This document shows positions 8,899-18,643 of a DNA stretch of 64,000 nucleotides, one piece after another (the first letter of the stretch is position 1; every line of letters begins with the position of its first letter). The notes below the pieces were generated by a model. That model did not search any database. It saw only the letters and a program-made list of their open reading frames with translations, and was not told the origin of the DNA. The stretch comes from Clostridia bacterium. GTDB lineage: Bacteria; Bacillota; Clostridia; TANB77; CAG-508. Location of the stretch: contig JAFROW010000002.1 of the NCBI GenBank assembly GCA_017429505.1, positions 18,609 through 82,608 on the forward strand, written 5' to 3'. The position numbers and the translations under genes were made by a program.

Positions 8899-8936
8899 CA
8901 CCCCACTAGCCGAATAGCTAGTGGGGTTGTTTTTTT
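8899..8936. terminator. Bidirectional rho-independent terminator (stem ccccactagc / gctagtgggg, loop cgaata, T-run on the plus strand and A-run on the other). It serves both obg and the small plus-strand ORF.
   Basis: Perfect 10-bp GC-rich stem flanked by aaaaaaa on one side and ttgttttttt on the other. Confidence 0.7.
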
Positions 8937-10942
<2,006 letters not shown>

Positions 10943-11115
10943 TTTTTCATATTAACTAATATCTATTATATATCCTTCTTTACTATTTTGCAAATTAATT
11001 TGAATACTCAAATAAATCTCATAAATCCTTGCAGAGAATTAGAAAACGTAGTATAATATTATCATAGATACTTTTAGTTTCTGAACACATCCCCACCACC
11101 AAAAAGGAGAACTAT

Positions 11116-11424
11116 ATGAGCGGTTTTATTCCAGGAAAAACAATCACTATCAGCGTATTTGATGTAAAAAACAAACTACCTTGGGCAGCAATAGATGTCC
11201 GGAACATGAGCAGAGAAGATAATATTCCAGAAGTTGTTTTTACAAAATTGACAGAAGTACGTTACAAAAAGCAACAATTGGAACCTAATTATGATGGAAT
11301 AATATCCAACACAGTTATGGTTTTTTGTAAAACTGAGGATTCATCAAAAATCTTAGAATGTATCGGTAGCAACTTTAAATTGAAAACTAATTTAAGTGAC
11401 ACATTGATATTTTACATATCATAA
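11116..11424 (+). CDS. Hypothetical 102-aa protein.
   Basis: Good RBS (AAAAAGGAGAA, 7 nt spacer). GC is slightly raised. It lies convergent with rplS and is followed by a bidirectional terminator. Confidence 0.45.
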   Translation: MSGFIPGKTITISVFDVKNKLPWAAIDVRNMSREDNIPEVVFTKLTEVRYKKQQLEPNYDGIISNTVMVFCKTEDSSKILECIGSNFKLKTNLSDTLIFYIS

Positions 11425-11447
11425 GAAAAACATTTGGGGATGTATCT

Positions 11448-11501
11448 AAAAGCATGCAATCAATTCTATTTTTTTAGTTTAGATTGCATGCTTTTATTTT
11501 A
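11448..11501. terminator. Bidirectional terminator: perfect 14-bp inverted repeat (aaaagcatgcaatc / gattgcatgctttt) flanked by T-runs.
   Basis: Read directly from the sequence. It sits between the convergent genes 11116..11424 (+) and rplS (-). Confidence 0.65.
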
Positions 11502-11527
11502 TACTTAAATAACAATTTTTTCTTTAT

Positions 11528-12208
11528 TTATTCTGCATTATCTTCAGCTGTAGCTTTATTATCTTCTACTGCTTCTTTAGTCTTAGCTTCTTCTGCAGGA
11601 GCTTCAACTTTTTCTTCAACTACTTCTTCTGTAGCTGTTTCAGCAGCTTTTTCTTCAACAGGTGCTTCAGTTGTTTCTACTGTTTCTGTAGCTTCTACTG
11701 GAGTTTCAACAACTTCTTCAGTAGCTGTTGTCTCAGTAGCAACTTCTTCTACAGAAGCTTCTACTGCTTCTTTAGCAACTGTTTCTTCGCTAACTACTTC
11801 TTCTTGAACTGGTTCTTTTACAACTTCTGCTCCTTTAATTTCGATTTCTTTATCTTCAATTCTTGCACCAGCAATTTCTCTAGTCTTAGCAGCTTTTCCT
11901 ACTTTATCTCTTAAATAGAATAATTTAGCTCTTCTTGCTTTACCAACTCTTACTAATTCTACTTTTTCTATAAGTGGTGAGTGAATTAAGAATGTTTTTT
12001 CAACTCCTACACCATAAGATATTTTTCTAACTGTAAATGTTTTGTTTACACCTGATCCTTGTACTTTAATAATTGTTCCTATAAATACTTGGATTCTTTC
12101 TTTATTTCCTTCTTTTATTCTTTGATGAACTTTTACTGTATTACCAACTTTTAAATCTGGTATTTTATTTTTTAATTGTTCATGCTCTATAGATTTAACT
12201 ATATCCAT
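11528..12208 (-). CDS. rplS: 50S ribosomal protein L19 with an unusual ~110-aa acidic Glu/Thr/Ala/Val-rich C-terminal extension.
   Basis: The first ~115 aa are canonical L19 ([25 protein letters not shown]...[12 protein letters not shown]). The ORF then runs on, stop-free, through low-complexity EEVV/ETTE repeats. Confidence 0.85.
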   Translation of the reverse strand: MDIVKSIEHEQLKNKIPDLKVGNTVKVHQRIKEGNKERIQVFIGTIIKVQGSGVNKTFTVRKISYGVGVEKTFLIHSPLIEKVELVRVGKARRAKLFYLRDKVGKAAKTREIAGARIEDKEIEIKGAEVVKEPVQEEVVSEETVAKEAVEASVEEVATETTATEEVVETPVEATETVETTEAPVEEKAAETATEEVVEEKVEAPAEEAKTKEAVEDNKATAEDNAE

Positions 12209-12284
12209 TTTAAATTCCTTCCTTTCTTAATTTCCAATGTCGCAAGCTTTTTGCTTGTCATCAGATTAACTTTGAGCGGTGCAA

Positions 12285-12959
12285 TTATTGCACTTCATTT
12301 TTTAATAAATCTGGTCTTTTTAATTTAGTAATTTCAATTGCTTTTTCTTTTCTCCATTTTTCAATATTTGCATGATGACCTGAAAGTAAAACTTCAGGGA
12401 CTTTAACTCCTTCAAAGACTTCCGGTCTTGTGTATTGAGGATATTCTAAAAATCCATTTGCAAATGACTCTTCTTCTCTTGACTCCTCTGCTATAACACC
12501 TGAGTTATACCTAGATACTGCGTCTATTAATACCATTGCAGGTAATTCTCCTCCTGTTAAAACATAATCTCCAATCGAAATTTCTTCATCTACAATTTTG
12601 TCTATTACTCTTTGGTCTATTCCTTCATAATGTCCACAGAGAATTATTAAATGCTCTTGTTTTGCTAATTCTTCGACCTTTTTTTGGTTTAGTTTTTTTC
12701 CTTGTGGACTCATATATATTACTTTTGCATTTTCATCACCAATAGATTTATATGCATCATATACAACATCTGGCATCATAACCATACCAGCTCCTCCACC
12801 ATAAGGAGTGTCATCCACTTTTTTGTGTTTATCTTTCGAAAAATCTCTAATATTTATTAAATTTATTTCTATTAGATTTTTTTCTCTCGCTCTTCCAATT
12901 ATGCTTGAATTTAATGGTTCAAACATCTTTGGAAAAAGTGTTAAAACATCAAATTTCAT
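12285..12959 (-). CDS. trmD: tRNA (guanine37-N1)-methyltransferase TrmD.
   Basis: [10 protein letters not shown]...GGGAGMVM...[14 protein letters not shown]. Confidence 0.9.
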   Translation of the reverse strand: MKFDVLTLFPKMFEPLNSSIIGRAREKNLIEINLINIRDFSKDKHKKVDDTPYGGGAGMVMMPDVVYDAYKSIGDENAKVIYMSPQGKKLNQKKVEELAKQEHLIILCGHYEGIDQRVIDKIVDEEISIGDYVLTGGELPAMVLIDAVSRYNSGVIAEESREEESFANGFLEYPQYTRPEVFEGVKVPEVLLSGHHANIEKWRKEKAIEITKLKRPDLLKNEVQ

Positions 12960-13049
12960 TAAACTAATCCTTTCAAATGCATTTTTTGCTACAAGCTATT
13001 TTTCTTATTTTAGCTTTTCGCATAATTTTTCACGCTAATTTAAATATTT

Positions 13050-13553
13050 TTAAATTAACCCTTCTAATAAATGAACTACTATTTTTTTATTTTCTACATC
13101 TATTTCTTTTATAACGTCATCTATTCTAGGTAATAAGATAGATTTTCCAAGTTCATTTTTTACAACATATATATCAGAGCTTCCGGTATTATAAATATCT
13201 TCCAATATTCCAAGCTTTTCGCCTTCATCTGTAAAAACTTGAGACTCTAGTAAATCTGCTATAAAATATTCGCCTTCTTCTAAAGGAATAGCATCTTCTC
13301 TTGAAATTTCAAGTATAGCATTTCTATAAACTTCTGCTTGCTCAATTGTTTCTATCCCTTTAAATTTAAGTAAAACTTGATTTTTATGATATTTTACTTC
13401 TTCTATTTCTAATTCCTGTTGCTCTTTTCGAATTTTGATATATACTTTTTTTAAATTATCAAATCTTGTAACATCATTTACCCAAGGATTTACTTTTACA
13501 TATCCTTTGATACCAAAGGTGTTTACAATTTGACCTATTTCTAAATTTTTCAT
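13050..13553 (-). CDS. rimM: 16S rRNA processing protein RimM.
   Basis: Position between the KH-domain protein and trmD; G(I/T)KG motif near the N-terminus. Confidence 0.85.
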   Translation of the reverse strand: MKNLEIGQIVNTFGIKGYVKVNPWVNDVTRFDNLKKVYIKIRKEQQELEIEEVKYHKNQVLLKFKGIETIEQAEVYRNAILEISREDAIPLEEGEYFIADLLESQVFTDEGEKLGILEDIYNTGSSDIYVVKNELGKSILLPRIDDVIKEIDVENKKIVVHLLEGLI

Positions 13554-13564
13554 AACTTCTCCAT

Positions 13565-13795
13565 CTATCCTAAGAATTCTACTGAAACCCTTTTATGCTC
13601 TTTTGAAGCTACAGCTTTCATTATATTTCTTATAGATTGAGCTATTTTTCCTTGTTTACCTATAATTTTTCCCATATCAGCTTCTGCAACTTTTACTTCA
13701 AAAACTATAGATTTTTCTCCTTCAACTTCATTTATTGAAATTGAAGCTTTGTCATTAACTAAATTTTCAATAATTGTTTGTAAAATTTCTTTCAT
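13565..13795 (-). CDS. KH-domain RNA-binding protein (YlqC family).
   Basis: GKIIGKQGKIAQSIR KH motif. The start is taken at the internal Met (MKEILQ...). The six-frame ORF extends further upstream, but that stretch is unlikely to be coding. Confidence 0.75.
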   Translation of the reverse strand: MKEILQTIIENLVNDKASISINEVEGEKSIVFEVKVAEADMGKIIGKQGKIAQSIRNIMKAVASKEHKRVSVEFLG

Positions 13796-13947
13796 TTTAT
13801 TGACATTCCTTTCTCGTTTTTGCCGTTGGAAAAGAATTGGTCTTTTGGCTAGGCAATTTTCAATTAAAAGGCAAGGGCGCATACTTTGTGTATGTAACCG
13901 CGTTTTAATTAAAAATTAACGACGCGAAAAGTCAATTATTTTTCAAC

Positions 13948-14190
13948 TTATTTAGCTTTTTCAATAAGAGCTTTAACTGTATCAGTAGGCTTAGCTCCAT
14001 TTTTAATCCATTGATTTACTTTTTCCATGTCTAAAACAATTGTTGATGGATCTGTCATTGGATTGTATGTTCCGATTTGTTCGATAATTCTTCCATCTCT
14101 TGGAGACTTTGAGTCAGCAACTACGATGTGATAGAATGGAGATTTTTTCTTTCCAAATCTTTGTAATCTTATTTTTACCATATTGTTCAC
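13948..14190 (-). CDS. rpsP: 30S ribosomal protein S16.
   Basis: [31 protein letters not shown]. Confidence 0.9.
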   Translation of the reverse strand: MNNMVKIRLQRFGKKKSPFYHIVVADSKSPRDGRIIEQIGTYNPMTDPSTIVLDMEKVNQWIKNGAKPTDTVKALIEKAK

Positions 14191-14266
14191 CTCCCACGAA
14201 TTTTATATATAAATTTAAAAAATTAATAACTTTTTTATATAATTAATCATACACATAGATTAATTA

Positions 14267-14596
14267 TTAGTGATATAATACAAAATATGATAATAGTGCA
14301 GGTACACATATTAAAAAGATTATGCAAATTATACTTTTCCATATTTCTTTCTTTTCAAAGTCTTTTTTATTAAACATTATAATTGAATAAATCAAAGCTA
14401 CTACAATTGCATAAACAAAATTCATTTTTAAATGTTGCATTTGCCACGTCCTTTTATATCCTATTAATGATATCATAACCTCATTAGAATACAACAATTT
14501 ATTAATTCCTATTAAAATCAATGAAATTACTATTATTCCTATTATTGTGTTTAACTTTTTTTTTTCATTCTTTCTAATTTCTATATTATTATCCAT
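14267..14596 (-). CDS. Small multi-TM membrane protein, hypothetical.
   Basis: 109 aa with three hydrophobic segments. It is inserted between rpsP and ffh. Confidence 0.4.
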   Translation of the reverse strand: MDNNIEIRKNEKKKLNTIIGIIVISLILIGINKLLYSNEVMISLIGYKRTWQMQHLKMNFVYAIVVALIYSIIMFNKKDFEKKEIWKSIICIIFLICVPALLSYFVLYH

Positions 14597-14624
14597 TCTT
14601 GTATCAATCCTTTAATACTTCATT

Positions 14625-14981
14625 TTAACAAATAATCATTACATTATAACTTATATAAATTTTTATCGATATTATTATAGGTATAATAAGTAATACACTT
14701 ATTAAAAAAAATGTAAATTTTTCTTTTCTTGCTAAAATATTTTTTTTATATAAAACAAAACAATATATTATGGCAAATATCATATTTAATCCAATATTCA
14801 TTGGAATTAACGCTTTTTGCTTAGTTAATACTTTTGTGATTAATAATGATTCCATGTACGTCTCCCAAGGATTAGGCATCATATTTACTGTAATTTCACC
14901 CAGTATGCAAGTATTTAATACTGCAAGAATAATTGATGAACATATTATTCCAATTATTAAATAAACTATCTTTTTCTTCAT
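14625..14981 (-). CDS. Small multi-TM membrane protein, hypothetical.
   Basis: 118 aa with hydrophobic segments. Confidence 0.4.
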   Translation of the reverse strand: MKKKIVYLIIGIICSSIILAVLNTCILGEITVNMMPNPWETYMESLLITKVLTKQKALIPMNIGLNMIFAIIYCFVLYKKNILARKEKFTFFLISVLLIIPIIISIKIYISYNVMIIC

Positions 14982-14987
14982 AACATC

Positions 14988-16343
14988 CTACATTAAATCT
15001 TTGAAATCTTTTATATTATCAAGATTCAAGCCTTTCATCATTTTTCGCATATTGCCTTTATTTTTCATTTGTTTCATCATTTTCTGAGTCATTTCGAAAG
15101 AATCCATAAATCTGTTTATTTCGCTTACTTGACGTCCACTTCCTTTTGCAATACGTTTTCTTCTGCTTCCATTTAAAATTTTTGGATTTGCTCTTTCTTC
15201 TGCACTCATTGAATTTATCATAGCTTCGATTTTGTCAAATTCTTTGTCATCTACTTTGATGTCTCCTAATTTGTTCATTCCAGGAATCATTTTTAAAATT
15301 GATGAGAATGAACCCATTTTTTTAACTTGTTTTAATTGTGCTAAATAATCATTTAAGTCAAATTTATTTTTCTTAAGCTGAGCTTCTAATTTTTCTGCTT
15401 CTTCTAAATCTAAACTTGCTTCAGCTTTTTCTATAATTGAAAGTACATCACCCATTCCTAAAATTCTTGATGCCATTCTATCTGGATGAAATACTTCTAA
15501 TTCACTTAATTTTTCACCAACACCTGCAAATTTTATTGGTGCTCCTGTTACTTTTTTTACTGAAAGCGCTGCACCACCACGAGTATCACCATCAAGTTTT
15601 GTAAGGATTACTCCATCTATTCCAACTTTTGAGTTAAACTCATTTGCAACATTTACTGCATCTTGACCTGTCATTGCATCTACTACTAATAAGATTTCGT
15701 GTGGTCTAACTGACTTTTTAACATTTTGTAATTCTTGCATTAATTCTTCATCTACATGTAAACGTCCTGCCGTATCTAAAATTACTACATCATTTAATTT
15801 TGAAATTGCAGTACTCATTGCTCTTCTTGCTATTCCTACTACATCTTTAACATTTTCTTCACTATATACTGGTATATTTAACTGCCCACCTACAACTTGT
15901 AATTGCTTAATAGCTGCTGGTCTATATACGTCACACGCTACAAGTAATGGTTTCTTGCCTTGCTTTCTTAAGAGATTCGCAAGCTTTCCTGCTGTAGTTG
16001 TTTTACCAGAACCTTGAAGTCCCACTAACATTATTACTGTTGGAGGATTTGGTGAAATATTTATTTTGCTTTCTGTTCCACCAAGTAGCTCTACCAACTC
16101 GTCTTTAACTATTTTTACAACTTGCTCACCTGGTTTTAAAGATTTCATTACTTCTTGACCAAGTGCTTTTTCTTGAACTTTATTTATAAATTCTTTAACT
16201 ATTTTATAGTTAACATCTGCTTCTAATAATGCAAGCTTAACTTCTCGAAGCATTTCTTTCATATTGCTTTCTGTAATTCTTGCTTCACCTTTTAATTTTT
16301 TTGTGATTGCTTGTAGTCTTGTTGATAAGCCTTCAAAAGCCAT
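14988..16343 (-). CDS. ffh: Signal recognition particle protein Ffh.
   Basis: GLQGSGKTTT, DTAGR, and a Met-rich C-terminal M domain. Confidence 0.95.
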   Translation of the reverse strand: MAFEGLSTRLQAITKKLKGEARITESNMKEMLREVKLALLEADVNYKIVKEFINKVQEKALGQEVMKSLKPGEQVVKIVKDELVELLGGTESKINISPNPPTVIMLVGLQGSGKTTTAGKLANLLRKQGKKPLLVACDVYRPAAIKQLQVVGGQLNIPVYSEENVKDVVGIARRAMSTAISKLNDVVILDTAGRLHVDEELMQELQNVKKSVRPHEILLVVDAMTGQDAVNVANEFNSKVGIDGVILTKLDGDTRGGAALSVKKVTGAPIKFAGVGEKLSELEVFHPDRMASRILGMGDVLSIIEKAEASLDLEEAEKLEAQLKKNKFDLNDYLAQLKQVKKMGSFSSILKMIPGMNKLGDIKVDDKEFDKIEAMINSMSAEERANPKILNGSRRKRIAKGSGRQVSEINRFMDSFEMTQKMMKQMKNKGNMRKMMKGLNLDNIKDFKDLM

Positions 16344-16356
16344 TCTAAAATACCTC

Positions 16357-16668
16357 CTAAAAATCTATTAGTTGCTTAATTTTTTTAAGTATTTTTTTAT
16401 CTGCATTAGTTTCTTCAAGTTCTTCTATACACTTTTTTATTTTTTCTTCTTTTTGCATAAACTTTAATTGTTTTTCATATTCTTCAAGTTTCTTTTTGGA
16501 TTTTAAAAGTATTGTTCTTACTGCTTGTCTTGTTATATCATTATTGTCTCCTATCTCTGATAGTGACAAGTCTTGATTATAATAGTAATCCATAAATTCA
16601 TATTGCTTTTCTGTAAGTAAATTTCCATATATTTCAAGCAATATACTTATTCTTACTTTTTCTTCCAT
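16357..16668 (-). CDS. ylxM: YlxM/UPF0122 putative helix-turn-helix protein upstream of ffh.
   Basis: Conserved position upstream of ffh; the internal Met is taken as the start. Confidence 0.75.
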   Translation of the reverse strand: MEEKVRISILLEIYGNLLTEKQYEFMDYYYNQDLSLSEIGDNNDITRQAVRTILLKSKKKLEEYEKQLKFMQKEEKIKKCIEELEETNADKKILKKIKQLIDF

Positions 16669-16867
16669 TTTATAAAATTTCCTTTCAAAAGTATATTTTA
16701 CAAAATCTTTTAAACTCCGTAACTCACACAAAAAAGTGCAAACTAAATTCGTAATACTAATCTAGTTTACACTATTTTTTCTTGTTTGTCAAGGGTTTTA
16801 TGAATAATTCAATATTTTTTTCATATACTATTGATAATTAGTTTAATTTATGCTATAATTAAATTAA

Positions 16868-16912
16868 TAAATAGAGAGTGTTTTGCACCCCTTGTTGGGA
16901 GCAGAACACTCT
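16868..16912 (-). terminator. Terminator hairpin after the 16914..17450 gene (stem agagagtgttttgc / gcagaacactctct, 14-nt loop).
   Basis: 14-bp stem with one G-U pair, followed on the minus-strand RNA by an AU-rich run. Confidence 0.5.
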
Positions 16913-16913
16913 C

Positions 16914-17450
16914 TTATCTTCTTGTAAATATTTTTATAAAATTTTTATCTTTTAAAACATATATTGTATTAACCCATGAAAACTTTCCAGTATTATATAT
17001 TTCATCAATTTGTTTTAATACCGCTTCATCACTTACTGTTTGTTCCGTATTGTCAATTATAAAATTTTGTGCTTGCCTTTTTCCATCTCTAATTGCAGTT
17101 TTTACACAATCATTCGTTCTCTTACTCGTTATTCTTTTTAAATCCAATTTTTCTTCTCTATAAATATAATCCGGGCTTTTTATTCCTTGAGGATAATTAA
17201 CATTTGGTAATATTTTTACATTTCCTCCAAAAATTTCATTTAATAGTTTTGCTACCTCAATTTCTCTTTCATTATGATTATATACTACATTGTGTCCATC
17301 TATATAATATTTTTTTCCTTCATACTCAAAAAAATCTTGATTTGTAACTATCCCTTCTTTTGGTTTTGCTTTTTTATACATTTTTTTAGTTATATCTATA
17401 TATTTTAATCTATTTGCTTTTTCAATGCTTTCTAGCCCTAAATGTGCCAT
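16914..17450 (-). CDS. Hypothetical 178-aa protein with a possible PD-(D/E)xK restriction-endonuclease-like signature (SPDY...EEK.DLK).
   Basis: The ORF carries the motif GIKSPDYIYREEKLDLKRITS and has a basic C-terminus. The fold assignment is an inference from the short motif only. Confidence 0.4.
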   Translation of the reverse strand: MAHLGLESIEKANRLKYIDITKKMYKKAKPKEGIVTNQDFFEYEGKKYYIDGHNVVYNHNEREIEVAKLLNEIFGGNVKILPNVNYPQGIKSPDYIYREEKLDLKRITSKRTNDCVKTAIRDGKRQAQNFIIDNTEQTVSDEAVLKQIDEIYNTGKFSWVNTIYVLKDKNFIKIFTRR

Positions 17451-17625
17451 TTATTATGATTCACCGCTTTCTTTTTCATTTTGAAATAATGACTTTAATA
17501 AAAAATTTTAAATCTAAAAAAAAATAAATAATAACGATAAATAAATTATACTTTGAAAATTATTTACACACTTATTATATCACATTTTGAAACTAGTTGC
17601 AATACTTTTTACGAATTTTTGTTCC

Positions 17626-18558
17626 TTAAAAAGACGTAAATTTTCCCTGCCACAAGTCATTTTCTTCTAATATTTTTTCCAATCCGTTAAGTACCCATTT
17701 TTTGTGAGCATTCCACTCAGGTGCTATAAGTATGTCTTTTGGTGCATCAGCACATATTCTGTGAACAATAACATTTGGATTTAAATGTGTAATTATATAT
17801 GTTAAATCTTCAAAATATTCATCTAGCTCCATTGGCATATATTCTCCATTTTCATACATTTCAGCCAATTTAGTATTTTTTACAACATAAGTTGAATGGA
17901 TCTTTACCCCCTGGATATCAAGTGAGTTAATTAAATTCACGGTTTCTTTTATCTGCTTAGGAACATTTTTTCCATCTCTTTCTTCTCCTGGTAGTCCACA
18001 CATAATATGAGCTATAGCATCTATTTTATATTTATTTAATAACTTAACCGCTTCTGTAAATTTTTCTGTAGTATAACCTCTGTTTATCATCGCTCCAATC
18101 TCATTACTAGCTGTTTGAATTCCTAATTCTACACATACATAGTATCTATCTGAATATGATTTTATCAGTTCTACTATTTCTTCATTTATACAATCAGGTC
18201 TTGTTGCAATACTTAAGCCTACAATTCTATCATCAATTAAGCTACTGTCATACTTTTTCTTTAAATTTTCTAATGTATCATAAGTATTTGAAAAATTTTG
18301 AAAATATACTATAAATTTGTTGGCTCTTTTAGCTCTGTATGAATTAAAATAGTCTTTTACTTGTTTTGAAATACTTTCACTACTCTGTTTTATTAATTCT
18401 CCTGAACCTTTTTCACTGCAAAAAATGCAACCTCCTGTACCACATGTACCATCTCTATTTGGGCACGTAAATCCACCATCAATACAAATTTTTAAAGTTC
18501 TTTCACCAAATTTTTCTTTATAGTATTCGTTTAATTTGTTGTATCTATTCTTCATCAT
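17626..18558 (-). CDS. Radical SAM protein (TIGR01212-like family).
   Basis: The N-terminus GGFTCPNRDGTCGTGGCIFC is characteristic of this family. Confidence 0.8.
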   Translation of the reverse strand: MMKNRYNKLNEYYKEKFGERTLKICIDGGFTCPNRDGTCGTGGCIFCSEKGSGELIKQSSESISKQVKDYFNSYRAKRANKFIVYFQNFSNTYDTLENLKKKYDSSLIDDRIVGLSIATRPDCINEEIVELIKSYSDRYYVCVELGIQTASNEIGAMINRGYTTEKFTEAVKLLNKYKIDAIAHIMCGLPGEERDGKNVPKQIKETVNLINSLDIQGVKIHSTYVVKNTKLAEMYENGEYMPMELDEYFEDLTYIITHLNPNVIVHRICADAPKDILIAPEWNAHKKWVLNGLEKILEENDLWQGKFTSF

Positions 18559-18587
18559 CTCTACTCTCTTTCTTATTTAAAGCCGAG

Positions 18588-18640
18588 CAAAAAAGAACCG
18601 GTCCCAAATGCCCGGACAAAAAAGAACCGGTCCCAAGTGC
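18588..18640. repeat. Two tandem GC-rich direct repeats, (a)caaaaaagaaccggtcccaa(a/g)tgc, immediately downstream of the carB stop.
   Basis: Units at 18588..18611 and 18616..18640 match at 23 of 24 positions. Each contains the palindromic core ACCGGT. Confidence 0.5.
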
Positions 18641-18643
18641 ACG

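Noticed and set aside
11484-11807. Plus-strand ORF (107 aa, Ser/Thr/Ala-rich).
   Set aside because: It is antisense to the low-complexity tail of rplS, a reading-frame artefact of the repetitive sequence.
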